Positions 38,412 to 47,666 of a stretch of 64,000 bases of DNA are shown here, one piece after another. The position numbers and the translations under genes were made by a program. The first letter of the stretch is position 1; each line of letters opens with the position of its first letter. Where the stretch lies: positions 32,001-96,000 of the forward strand of contig CAZQNA010000006.1 of NCBI GenBank assembly GCA_964594835.1. Reading direction: 5' to 3'. The notes below the pieces were generated by a model. It was not told where the DNA came from and ran no database searches. It worked only from the letters and a program-made list of their open reading frames with translations. This DNA is from an uncultured Nitrososphaerota archaeon (GTDB lineage: Archaea > Korarchaeota > Korarchaeia > Korarchaeales > Korarchaeaceae).

Positions 38412-39644
38412 CTGCTCGACGTCGAGAGCGTGAGGGCTGACTTCCCCATCCTGACCCGGAGCGTCTCGGGTAGGGCGCTCATCTACTTCGACAACGCCGC
38501 TACGACCCAGAGGCCCCGCCAGGTGATCGAGGCCGTGGCGAGGTTCTACGAGGAGCACAACGCCAACGTCCACAGGGGACTCCACACCCTGAGCCAGGAG
38601 GCCTCTGAGCTCTACGAGGAGGCCCACGAGGTCCTGGCGAAGTTCGTGGGGGCCTCCGGCATGGAGGAGGTCGCCTTCCTGGCCGGGACCACCGACGCCC
38701 TCAACGCCGTGGCGGACGGCTGGGCGTGTAGGCACCTCGCACCGGGGGACAGGATAGTCACGACCGTGCTGGAGCACCACAGCAACATGCTCCCGTGGAG
38801 GAGGGCGGCCCAGAGGACGGGGGCAGAGATCGTCTATGTCGACGTTACCGAGCGGGGCCTCCTGCGGTGGGACCAGCTGGAGAACGCGATTGACGAGAGG
38901 ACGAGGCTCGTCGCCATAACGGGCATGTCCAACGTCACGGGCCAGATCTTGGACGTGTCCGAGGTGGCCAAGCTGGCCCACGAGGTCGACGCCGTACTGG
39001 TGGTGGACGGAGCCCAGGCCGTCCCGCACCTGCCCATGGACGTCCGCGCCATGGGGGTAGACTTCCTGGCCTTCTCGGGCCACAAGATGCTCGGCCCCAC
39101 CGGCATAGGGGTCCTGTACGGGAGGAGGGACCTTCTGGAGGAGATGGATCCCCCGAGGGTCGGCGGGGGGATGATCAGCGATGTCACCCTAGAGGGCGCG
39201 GAGTGGGCGGACCTGCCCTGGAGGCTGGAGGCTGGCACGCCCCACATCGCCGGGGCGGTGGGCCTCGCCGAGGCGGCCAGGTACCTCATGAGGCTGGGGA
39301 TGGAGGCCGTCAGGGAGCACGAGAGGAGGCTGACCGACCTCACCCTCAGGCTCCTGGGGGACAGGCTCCCGGACGAGGTGGTGGTGTACGGGCCCACGGA
39401 CGTGGAGGAGAGGGGAGGGATAGTGACGTTCAACGTCAGGGGGCTCGACCCGCACATGACCGCGTCCCTGCTGGACTCCTTCGGCATAGCCGTGAGGTCC
39501 GGGCTCCACTGCGCGCACCCCCTGCACAGGAGGATGGGGGCACCCGAGGGCACCGTGAGGGCGAGCTTCTACGTGTACAACACCGAGGAGGAGGTCAGGA
39601 CCTTCGTGGACGCCCTGAGCGAGATAGCGGAGACCGCCGGGTAG
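38412..39644 (+). CDS. sufS: cysteine desulfurase, group II (SufS/CsdA)
   Basis: RADFP, YFDNAATTQ, ANVHRG, EHHSN, DGAQ, SGHKMLGPTG, RSGLHCA; CTG 38412 or GTG 38430 start. Confidence 0.92.
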   Translation: MLDVESVRADFPILTRSVSGRALIYFDNAATTQRPRQVIEAVARFYEEHNANVHRGLHTLSQEASELYEEAHEVLAKFVGASGMEEVAFLAGTTDALNAVADGWACRHLAPGDRIVTTVLEHHSNMLPWRRAAQRTGAEIVYVDVTERGLLRWDQLENAIDERTRLVAITGMSNVTGQILDVSEVAKLAHEVDAVLVVDGAQAVPHLPMDVRAMGVDFLAFSGHKMLGPTGIGVLYGRRDLLEEMDPPRVGGGMISDVTLEGAEWADLPWRLEAGTPHIAGAVGLAEAARYLMRLGMEAVREHERRLTDLTLRLLGDRLPDEVVVYGPTDVEERGGIVTFNVRGLDPHMTASLLDSFGIAVRSGLHCAHPLHRRMGAPEGTVRASFYVYNTEEEVRTFVDALSEIAETAG

Positions 39645-39793
39645 CCGCCGCCCTGCGTTAGGCGCCCACACCGATCGCCCCGACATGCGTGAAAACTATC
39701 ACCGCGACGGTGGGTCGGAAATGGTCGCGCGGACCTGAAGAACCACATCAACCCATAAAATGGTCCGAAGGGAGAGGTGACTGAGGCGGACAG

Positions 39794-42448
39794 ATGGCCG
39801 AGGAGCAGCCGACCTCCGAGGGGCCCCAGGTCGACAGGGTCATAAAGAGGGATGGCAGGGAAGTCCCCTTCGACGTCTACAGGATTAGGCGGGCCATAAC
39901 GCGCGCGATGCGCGAGGTCAACCAGTACGACGAGAGGAAGCTCGGCCAGGTGGTCGACTACGTCGTAAGGGTCATCAACTCCACGTACAGCAGGGACACC
40001 CCTCCCCACGTGGAGGACATCCAGGACATCATAGAGTACGCGCTGGTGAAGCACGGCCTCTTCCAGGTGGCCAAGGCCTACATCCTCTACCGCAAGGAGA
40101 GGGAGAGAATCAGGAAGGAGAAGATGGCCATCCTGGGCAAGGACTACGCCGACGAGGTGGACAAGAGGCTCTCCCTGAACGCGATCAGGCTCCTCGTCTC
40201 GAGGTACCTGCTGAAGGACGAGGAGGGACGCCTGATCGAGGACCCCAAGGGCATGTTCGTCAGGGTCGCGGCCCTGGTGGTCATCCCTGACATACTCTAC
40301 GACCCGAGGGTGTACGACAGGGAGGGGGGGCAGCCAGTACACCCCCGCGAGGAGTTCGACCCGGAGGAGTGGGAGGGCAAGGTGGGCCTCGCGGGCATTG
40401 GCGGGCCCGAGTTCGCGTGGAACCGCCACCACCTGGAGAGGATGAAGGCCCTGTACGACGACCTGAACTCTCAGGGCAGGATGAGGGTCCCCTGGTCCAG
40501 GTTGTGGGACATGATCCTGGCCGGGGAGTTCGACGACCACTACTGGGACTTCCTCGAGTACTACAGGCTCATGGCCGAACTCAGGTTCCTGCCCAACTCT
40601 CCGACGCTGTTCAACGCCGGCACCAGGCTCGGCCAGCTCTCGGCCTGCTTCGTCCTTGACATGGAGGACAGCCTGGACTCCATCATGAAGGCCGCCGTGG
40701 ACGCCTCCAAGATTTTCCAGAGCGGGGGCGGGATAGGGATCAACTACTCGAAGCTCAGGCCCGAGGGCGACGTGGTGCGCTCGACCAACGGCAGGGCCAG
40801 CGGCCCCGTCTCCTTCATGAGGATAATCGACGTGATCACCGACGTCGTGAAGCAGGGCGGCCGCAGGAGAGGCGCCAACATGGGGATCCTGGAGGTCTGG
40901 CACCCCGACATATGGAAGTTCATCGAGTGCAAGAGCAAGCCCGGCCAGTACGAGAACTTCAACATCTCCGTCATGATCACCGGAGACTTCTGGGAGTCCT
41001 ACGAGAGGGATGAGCCATACCCCCTGATCAACCCCAGGGACGGGGAGGTCTGGGGAACCGCCAACCCCAGGGAGCTCTTCAGGAAGGTAGCCGAGCTGGC
41101 CTGGAAGACGGGCGACCCGGGGGTCCTGTTCGCCGACAACATAAATAGAAGAAATGTACTGAAATCAGTCTTAGGTGAAATAAAATCTACTAATCCCTGC
41201 GGCGAGGAGCCGTTATATCCATACGAGTCCTGCAACCTGGGCAGCATCAACCTCTACGCCTACGTGCGGGTCGACGAGGAGACGGGGGCCGTAGAGTTCG
41301 ACTGGGAGGCCTACGCCAGGGACATCAGGCTGGCCCTCCGCTTCCTGGACAACGTGATCGACGTGAACAAGTTCCCGCTCCCCGAGATAGAGAGGCAGAC
41401 AAAGCTCACCAGGAAGGTCGGGCTGGGGCTGATGGGCCTGGCCGACGTGCTCTTCGCCCTGGGCGTCCCTTACCACAGCGAGGAGGGCTTCGAGTTCATG
41501 CGCGTCGTGGCCGAGCACCTGACCTACCACGCCCTCTGGGAGTCCACCAGGCTGGCCGCCGAGAGGGGAACGTTCCCGCTCTACGAGCGGTCCGGATACG
41601 CTAGGGGCGAGCTCCCCGTCGAGGGCTACTACCACCCCGAGTGGTGGACGCTCGACTGGTCCAGGCTGGCCGAGGAGATATCGAGAAAGGGCGTGAGGAA
41701 CGCGGAGGTCACGACCATAGCTCCAACCGGCTCGATCTCCATGATAGCCGACGTCTCCTCTGGGATAGAGCCTCAGTTCGCCCTCGTCTACGAGAAGAGG
41801 GTCAGCGTTGGCCAGTTCTTCTACGTGGACAGGGAGTTCGAGCGCCAGCTGAAGAGGCTCGGCCTGTACAGCGAGAGGCTGCTGAAGGAGGTCGCCGACA
41901 ACGGCGGGTCCGTCCAGGGGATAGAGGAGATCCCGGAGGAGCTGCGAAGGGTGTTCGTGGTGGCCTACGACGTCCCCTGGTGGGACCACGTCAGGGCCCA
42001 GGCGGAGATAACCAAGTGGATCTGCGCCGCCGTGAGCAAGACCATCAACATGCCCAGCTGGGTCACGGTGGACGACGTGGAGAAGGCCTACCTCTTCGCC
42101 CACGGGCTGGGCCTGAAGGGCGTGACCATCTACAGAGACGGATCCAAGGCCGCGCAGGTCCTCGTCACCCCGTCCCAGAGGACCGGAGAGTACGTCCTGG
42201 ACGTTCCGAACGAGACTCTGGACATCATGAGGTCCCTCGGCATCGAGCCGCCTCCCAGGGGCAGGGCCCAGGCCGAGCAGCAGAAGGGCCAGAGGGGCGC
42301 CTCTCCCGTGTTCAGGCCGCCGCCCCCGCGCCCACCGGCGTCCGATCACCTGGAGGTCTGTCCGGAGTGCGGGAGCAAGAGGCTGGTGCACAGGGAGGAC
42401 TGCGTCACCTGCCTAGACTGCGGGTGGTCGGCCTGCGTCGTGACCTAA
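39794..42448 (+). CDS. nrdJ: class II (adenosylcobalamin-dependent) ribonucleotide reductase with ATP cone
   Basis: VIKRDG ATP cone, PNSPTLFN, LSACF, QGGRRRGA, TNPCGEEPL, ESCNLGS, IAPTGSIS, C-terminal Zn ribbon; cobO adjacent. Confidence 0.93.
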   Translation: MAEEQPTSEGPQVDRVIKRDGREVPFDVYRIRRAITRAMREVNQYDERKLGQVVDYVVRVINSTYSRDTPPHVEDIQDIIEYALVKHGLFQVAKAYILYRKERERIRKEKMAILGKDYADEVDKRLSLNAIRLLVSRYLLKDEEGRLIEDPKGMFVRVAALVVIPDILYDPRVYDREGGQPVHPREEFDPEEWEGKVGLAGIGGPEFAWNRHHLERMKALYDDLNSQGRMRVPWSRLWDMILAGEFDDHYWDFLEYYRLMAELRFLPNSPTLFNAGTRLGQLSACFVLDMEDSLDSIMKAAVDASKIFQSGGGIGINYSKLRPEGDVVRSTNGRASGPVSFMRIIDVITDVVKQGGRRRGANMGILEVWHPDIWKFIECKSKPGQYENFNISVMITGDFWESYERDEPYPLINPRDGEVWGTANPRELFRKVAELAWKTGDPGVLFADNINRRNVLKSVLGEIKSTNPCGEEPLYPYESCNLGSINLYAYVRVDEETGAVEFDWEAYARDIRLALRFLDNVIDVNKFPLPEIERQTKLTRKVGLGLMGLADVLFALGVPYHSEEGFEFMRVVAEHLTYHALWESTRLAAERGTFPLYERSGYARGELPVEGYYHPEWWTLDWSRLAEEISRKGVRNAEVTTIAPTGSISMIADVSSGIEPQFALVYEKRVSVGQFFYVDREFERQLKRLGLYSERLLKEVADNGGSVQGIEEIPEELRRVFVVAYDVPWWDHVRAQAEITKWICAAVSKTINMPSWVTVDDVEKAYLFAHGLGLKGVTIYRDGSKAAQVLVTPSQRTGEYVLDVPNETLDIMRSLGIEPPPRGRAQAEQQKGQRGASPVFRPPPPRPPASDHLEVCPECGSKRLVHREDCVTCLDCGWSACVVT

Positions 42449-42458
42449 GCCCGGGACG

Positions 42459-43013
42459 GTGTCTGAGGTGGGAGAGCCGGTGAGGGAGTCGGGGTCGACG
42501 GGCCTGATCCACGTGTACACTGGGGACGGTAAGGGAAAGACCACGGCGGCCTTCGGGCTGGCCATGAGGGCAGTCGGCAGGGGCTGGAGGGTGCTCATCA
42601 TTCAGTTCCTGAAGGCGAGGGAGTCCGGCGAGGTCCTGGCCGCCGAGAGGCTCAGGCCCGAGCTGGAGGTGCGGAGGTTCGGGACCGAGAGGTTCATCGA
42701 CCCGAGGCACCCCCGGGAGGAGGATCTGGCCGTTCTGCGGGCGGGGATGGAGGAGGCCAGGAGGGCCCTCAGCTCCGGAGATTATCGGCTGGTCGTCCTC
42801 GACGAGATCAACGTCGCCGTTCACATGGGCCTGATACCCGAGAAGGAGGTCCTTGACGCCCTCAGGTCGAGGGCCGAGGGCGTGGAGGTCGTCCTCACCG
42901 GGAGGTACGCCCCTGAGTCTTTCATCGAGGAGGCCGACTACGTCACGGAGTTCAGGGAGATCAAGCACCCGTTCAGGAGGGGGGTTCAGGCCAGGGAAGG
43001 CGTCGAGTTCTGA
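42459..43013 (+). CDS. cobO: cob(I)alamin adenosyltransferase (CobO/BtuR)
   Basis: YTGDGKGKTTAAFG, QFLK, VLDEI, VLTGR, ADYVTE..KHP. Confidence 0.95.
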   Translation: MSEVGEPVRESGSTGLIHVYTGDGKGKTTAAFGLAMRAVGRGWRVLIIQFLKARESGEVLAAERLRPELEVRRFGTERFIDPRHPREEDLAVLRAGMEEARRALSSGDYRLVVLDEINVAVHMGLIPEKEVLDALRSRAEGVEVVLTGRYAPESFIEEADYVTEFREIKHPFRRGVQAREGVEF

Positions 43014-43099
43014 CCGGGCGGTTGGCGGCGCCGGGCTGGATCGACAATATTTAGGGAGCAGGACCTCCTGCTCCGGGGCCCGAAACGCGCTACGACACC

Positions 43100-44422
43100 G
43101 TGATAGTCAGGTACGGAGAGCTCTGGACGAAGTCTGAGGTCACCAGGAGGAGGATGGAGTCTGCCCTCACGGCCAACATCAGGCGCGCCCTGTCCGGGCT
43201 CGACTTCAGCCTGCGCAGGTGGAGGGGGAGAATCTTCGTGGACTCCCCCAGCGCCGAGGAGGCGGCAGACCGCCTCTCCAGGGTCTTCGGGGTCGTCTCC
43301 GTGAGCCCGGCCGTCACTGTGGACAAGGACGTGGAGTCCATCGCCTCGGCGGCCCTGGAGCTGGCCAGGGCGAGGATAGCCCCAGGCCGCTCCTTCGCCG
43401 TTCGGGCCCACAGGGCCGACAAGAGGTTTCCCCTGACCTCTCCCGAGATACAGAGGAGGGTGGGAGGCAGGATAAAGTCCGAGATCGGGGCGAAGGTCGA
43501 CCTGAAGTCGCCAGAGGTCGAGATCTGGGTAGAGGTGTCGGACAGGGCGTACGTCTACGACAGGGTCGTCAGGGGCCCAGGCGGCCTGCCGTACGGGACC
43601 CAGGGCAGGGCCGTGATGCTCTTCTCCGGCGGGATCGACAGTCCGGTCGCCGCCTGGATGGTGGCAAGGCGGGGGGTGAGGCTGGACTTCCTCTTCTTCA
43701 ACCCCGGCGTCCCTGAGGCGGAGGAGCACGCCCACCGCGTCTACAGGTACCTCAAGGATCGCTGGTACGTGGAGGGCGAGTTCTACGTGTACGACGGTGG
43801 AGAGGTCGCGTGGCAGATCCTCAGCAGGGTGAGGGAGGGCCTCAGGCAGGTCGTCCTCAAGAGGGTCATGTACAGGCTGGCCCAGGAGCTGGCCCGCAGA
43901 ACAGGCGCCCTAGCCGTCGTGACGGGCGAGAGCATAGGTCAGGTCTCCTCCCAGACCCTGACCAACCTGGCGGTCATCGAGGAGGCCGTCGACGTTCCGG
44001 TGATCAGGCCGCTGGCCGGCCTGGACAAGGACGAGGCCGTGGGGTGGGCGAGGAGGATCGGGACCTACGACCTCTCCATTCAGATCAAGGAGTTCTGCTC
44101 GCTTGAGAGGCACTCGAACGCCTCGGCGACGCTCGAGGAGATCATCAGAGAGGAGGAGAAGCTCGAGTTCGATCCCTCCAGCGCGGAGTTCAGGGGATAC
44201 TCACCAGCCCCCGAGGAGAGGGCCCCGCCGCCGACCGACGTGGTCGTGATAAACCTCGAGAGGGAGGACGTGAGGCTCGACGAGCTGAGGCCGGGTCAGG
44301 CCTACGTGTTCGTATGCAGGGCTGGAGTTTCGGCGAAACTGTACGCGGACAGGGCGAGAGAGAAGGGAATAGAGGCCTACGCCCTGAGCGAGGAGGAGGC
44401 CAGGGAGCTTGGCCTACTGTGA
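43100..44422 (+). CDS. thiI: tRNA 4-thiouridine synthase with C-terminal rhodanese-like domain
   Basis: IVRYGEL, THUMP domain, GGLPYG, SGGIDSPVA, TGESIGQVSSQT, FVCRAGVSA. Confidence 0.92.
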   Translation: MIVRYGELWTKSEVTRRRMESALTANIRRALSGLDFSLRRWRGRIFVDSPSAEEAADRLSRVFGVVSVSPAVTVDKDVESIASAALELARARIAPGRSFAVRAHRADKRFPLTSPEIQRRVGGRIKSEIGAKVDLKSPEVEIWVEVSDRAYVYDRVVRGPGGLPYGTQGRAVMLFSGGIDSPVAAWMVARRGVRLDFLFFNPGVPEAEEHAHRVYRYLKDRWYVEGEFYVYDGGEVAWQILSRVREGLRQVVLKRVMYRLAQELARRTGALAVVTGESIGQVSSQTLTNLAVIEEAVDVPVIRPLAGLDKDEAVGWARRIGTYDLSIQIKEFCSLERHSNASATLEEIIREEEKLEFDPSSAEFRGYSPAPEERAPPPTDVVVINLEREDVRLDELRPGQAYVFVCRAGVSAKLYADRAREKGIEAYALSEEEARELGLL

Positions 44423-44434
44423 AAAAAGCGGTCG

Positions 44435-44890
44435 CTAGGCCTGAAGGTCTCCCGCGGAGATCACTATCTCGGGGTTCAGGTCTCGCCTGCCCAGCCTCTC
44501 CAGGAACCTCTTCAGCGACTTGTCCTCCGACAGGAACTTCCCTCCAATGGCAACGGCGCAGCCGTAGCCCAGGCAGTCGAAGAGGTCCCTGTGGCCGGCC
44601 AACCTCAGCTCGGCGGCCACGAGCAGCTGTCTGGGAGTTGGCTCCGCCAGCCTCACGTCCGCTTGGGCCAGGAGGGCCTGAAGACCCTCGATCGCCTGAG
44701 CTGGGACTCCGAGGATCCCCCTTCTCTCCGCCTCCCTCAGGACCTTTGCCCAGAGCTCCGGCAGCATCAGAACGGGGTAGAAGAGTTCGTGCCTCCTCCT
44801 CAGAGCCGCGATCCTCCTCTCGTCCACGCCCCTGACCGCCACCCCGAAGAAGGGGAGGAGGTAGGTGGTGTCCAGGACGAGCCTAGCCAC
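44435..44890 (-). CDS. vapC: PIN-domain toxin
   Basis: LVLDTTYLLP, GHRDLFDC, FLSED. Confidence 0.85.
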   Translation of the reverse strand: MARLVLDTTYLLPFFGVAVRGVDERRIAALRRRHELFYPVLMLPELWAKVLREAERRGILGVPAQAIEGLQALLAQADVRLAEPTPRQLLVAAELRLAGHRDLFDCLGYGCAVAIGGKFLSEDKSLKRFLERLGRRDLNPEIVISAGDLQA

Positions 44891-45128
44891 TCTCCATCTC
44901 CCTCGAGAGTTCCTCTGACTCGGCCTCGAACTCCTCGAAGTCCGTCTCGGCCCACTTCTCCCTCTCCACTAGGAGCCTCTGAGCTGGCCTGAGTATGATG
45001 CGATCTCCCTCGACCTTGAGGATGAGGAGGTCACCCTCGGCTATGTCCAGCTCTCTGGCGACCTCCGACGGGATGTAGAGGGCCCTCCTCTTGCCGACCC
45101 TCACCGTCACCTCTTTGTCTGACATCAT
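44883..45128 (-). CDS. vapB: AbrB-type antitoxin
   Basis: VRVGKRRALYIPSEVARELDIAEGD. Confidence 0.88.
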   Translation of the reverse strand: MMSDKEVTVRVGKRRALYIPSEVARELDIAEGDLLILKVEGDRIILRPAQRLLVEREKWAETDFEEFEAESEELSREMESG

Positions 45129-45131
45129 ATA

Positions 45132-45150
45132 TCAGACATCTGATGTCTGA
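45132..45150. promoter_or_regulatory. vapBC-3 operator palindrome
   Basis: Perfect TCAGACATC-T-GATGTCTGA between the TATA box and the antitoxin start. Confidence 0.7.
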
Positions 45151-45337
45151 AATATTAAGGGGGCGCCTCCGGGTGGGCCGCCACGCCTCCACGGGAATCT
45201 CGAGGCCCGGCCAGAGGGAGTTTCCGTGGCAAGTGGACGACCGAAGTTACCCCCGATCTTCCAAGAGCGCGCGTGGAACTGGTCCAAATTCAGGCCCTTC
45301 CGAGAAGCTTTTTATCGCATGGTAGCCTCACCTACAA

Positions 45338-46147
45338 GTGTCACCCGAGCCAGACTGGGTCTCAGAGCTCTTTCTCAGGCGACCTGAACTCTTCTTGCGG
45401 GTGATGGAGCGAGAGGAGATGCTTCAGAGGGGGGAGAAGCTGGCCGAGGCGATCGCCGAGCTGTTGAAGGAGAGGGGGATGGGGGGAGCCAAGGTCCTCG
45501 ACGTCGGGTGCGGGATAGGGAGGGTGGCGATTCCCCTCGCCAAGCTCAGGTTCTCGGTGGTCGGCCTGGACATATCTCCCCTCTACGTGAGGAGGGCAAG
45601 GGAGAGGGCTGAGAGGGAGGGCGTCACTGAGTCGACCATCTTCCTCGAGGGGGACGCCAGGTCGATGGCGGACCTGCTTGCAGAGCACTCCCCGTTCGAC
45701 GTCGTGCTCTTTGTCTGGACCTCCGTCCTGGGTTACTACGACGAGGAGACCGACCTGGAGGTGCTGAGGCAGGCCAGAAGGCTGACGAGGGAGGGCGGGC
45801 TGCTCCTGATAGTGGACACAGCGAACCAGGACTACACGGCTTTCGCCGTGTCGTTCTGCGGGCGCTCGTTCTTCTCGGATTACGGAGACTTCGCCATGGT
45901 CGAGGTTCACGAGTACGACCCCAAGAGTTCTCGCGTCAGGACGAGGTGGACCTACTACGAGAAGCGGGGGAGAGACCTCAAGTACGTCGGTGAGTCTGGG
46001 TACGACGTCAGGGTCTACGCCCTCCACGAGCTGATCGTCCTGGCCGAGCGCGCCGGCTGGAGGTTCCAGGAGGCGTTCAGGAACCTCGGGCTGAGGACGC
46101 CGTTCAGACCGGTAGGCCCCCTGAACGTCATCTTCGAGGCGGTCTGA
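45338..46147 (+). CDS. class I SAM-dependent methyltransferase
   Basis: VLDVGCGIGR, GLDIS, EGDAR, FDVV. Confidence 0.9.
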   Translation: MSPEPDWVSELFLRRPELFLRVMEREEMLQRGEKLAEAIAELLKERGMGGAKVLDVGCGIGRVAIPLAKLRFSVVGLDISPLYVRRARERAEREGVTESTIFLEGDARSMADLLAEHSPFDVVLFVWTSVLGYYDEETDLEVLRQARRLTREGGLLLIVDTANQDYTAFAVSFCGRSFFSDYGDFAMVEVHEYDPKSSRVRTRWTYYEKRGRDLKYVGESGYDVRVYALHELIVLAERAGWRFQEAFRNLGLRTPFRPVGPLNVIFEAV

Positions 46148-46210
46148 GCTGCGGCATGATCCAGTCTCGAATAGGTGAGGTCACGATCTCGGGGAGAGGC
46201 GAGCGTGGAC

Positions 46211-47284
46211 TCAGGGGATTATCTCAGTCGTGTTGTTGAACTCTGGGTAGTCCACCTCGCGCCGGCTGATCACGCCCGTCCGTAGGAGCCCCTCGACCTC
46301 GGGCGCGATCCTCAGGACCTCGTCTATGAGGTGCCTGGTGAGGTAGCACACCTTCCTGAATCCCTCCTCCCCCCACAGCCTCTCCCTGTAGGCGTAGAGG
46401 CACCTCCCCCCGCAGTACCTGTAGTAGGGGCACGACGTGCACGGCTCGCCTATGAGGATGGAGCCCCTGAGCTCCTCCGGGTCGCGGACGCTCCCGACCC
46501 TGCCTACGACGGCCCAACTCTCCTGCACCGCTATGGGGCAGGCGAGTATCCTCCCATCCGTGGAGATCGCGAAGGCGTCCCTCCCGGCGCCGCAGGGCAG
46601 CCTGAACCCTCCGCCGAAGAGCCTCACCTTCAGCACCCCCAGTATCGGCACCACACCGAGGATCCTGCCCCTCCGGGCCTCCTCTAGCCAGAGGTCGACG
46701 AGCCGGCTCAGGCCCTCCTTGTAGCGCTCGGCCCACCCGTCGAAGTCTTCCCACCCGTCGCTCCAGACCACGTCGAGCTGCCAGTGGACGTGGTCGAACA
46801 GACCGAGGTTGACGAGGTGCGTGACGTCTCTGTAGACGTCCCCCCGCTCCGAGAGGGCCATCCGGGCGATGAGGTCTCCTGAGAAGCCGACTCTCCTCAG
46901 CCAGTCGGCCGCAGACAGGACGGAGTCATAGACGCCCCTCCCCCTGTAGAAGTCCGTTACATCCCTCGGTCCGTCTATGGAGAGTAAAACTGCGTCGAAC
47001 CTCCTCCAGTACTCAGGATCTAGGGAGCGAACGAGGAGCCCGTTGGTCTGGATGACGAACCTCTCGGCTCTCACGTTGTCCATAACGGCCCTGATGAACT
47101 GGGGGTTTAGGAGGGGCTCCCCCCCGTAGAACGCGATGATCGCATTGGGGTCCTGCTCCACCAGCCGCCTCAGGTCCTCCAGCTCGTACTGAACCTCCCA
47201 CGGCACCAGCGCTGGGGGGAAGCTCCCCCCGCAGTACCTGCAGCTCAGGTTGCACCGACCGGTGGTGAGCACTATGTAGAGCAC
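46211..47284 (-). CDS. radical SAM/SPASM protein (TIGR04084/AF0577-like)
   Basis: CNLSCRYC, FYGGEP, QTNG, CGAG..G..LACP, C..C..YCGGRC, C-terminal NNTTEIIP. Confidence 0.85.
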   Translation of the reverse strand: MLYIVLTTGRCNLSCRYCGGSFPPALVPWEVQYELEDLRRLVEQDPNAIIAFYGGEPLLNPQFIRAVMDNVRAERFVIQTNGLLVRSLDPEYWRRFDAVLLSIDGPRDVTDFYRGRGVYDSVLSAADWLRRVGFSGDLIARMALSERGDVYRDVTHLVNLGLFDHVHWQLDVVWSDGWEDFDGWAERYKEGLSRLVDLWLEEARRGRILGVVPILGVLKVRLFGGGFRLPCGAGRDAFAISTDGRILACPIAVQESWAVVGRVGSVRDPEELRGSILIGEPCTSCPYYRYCGGRCLYAYRERLWGEEGFRKVCYLTRHLIDEVLRIAPEVEGLLRTGVISRREVDYPEFNNTTEIIP

Positions 47285-47345
47285 GTCGTCGTCCCCCGAG
47301 CGGCCGGCGTAAAACCCTTCCTCCCATTCTTGGATTCTCTACGGA

Positions 47346-47666
47346 TCAGATCAGCCTGATGCCCCTTCTCCTGGCCTCATCGAGCAGGGGGGCGAACGTC
47401 TCGTTGTCTGCCACCATGAGGTCGAGGGGGACCCCGGCGTCGAGGAGCCGCGTCAACTCATCCCCCAGGAGGTCGAACAGGTCTACGGCGCCCCCGCCGA
47501 GGGGAACGACTATCAGGTCTAGATCGCTTTCTCCCCTCACCGCCGATCCGTCGACGACGGACCCAAAGATGTATGCCTCCCTGACCCTGTCCCTGAGCTT
47601 CCTCCTTATGGACTCCACGACGTCTCTCACGTCCTCGAGCGAGACGAGATCCAGGCCCTCAAGCAT
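47346..47666 (-). CDS. minimal nucleotidyltransferase (MNT) antitoxin
   Basis: YIFGS...ESDLDL motif. Confidence 0.85.
   Translation of the reverse strand: MLEGLDLVSLEDVRDVVESIRRKLRDRVREAYIFGSVVDGSAVRGESDLDLIVVPLGGGAVDLFDLLGDELTRLLDAGVPLDLMVADNETFAPLLDEARRRGIRLI

Noticed and set aside
39645-39793. Cobalamin riboswitch upstream of nrdJ
   Set aside because: No recognisable B12-box or conserved GGGAA/GCCACUG elements
39794-42448. Intein in nrdJ
   Set aside because: The protein is contiguous through QGG, GGG and NPCGE, with no splicing or LAGLIDADG motifs
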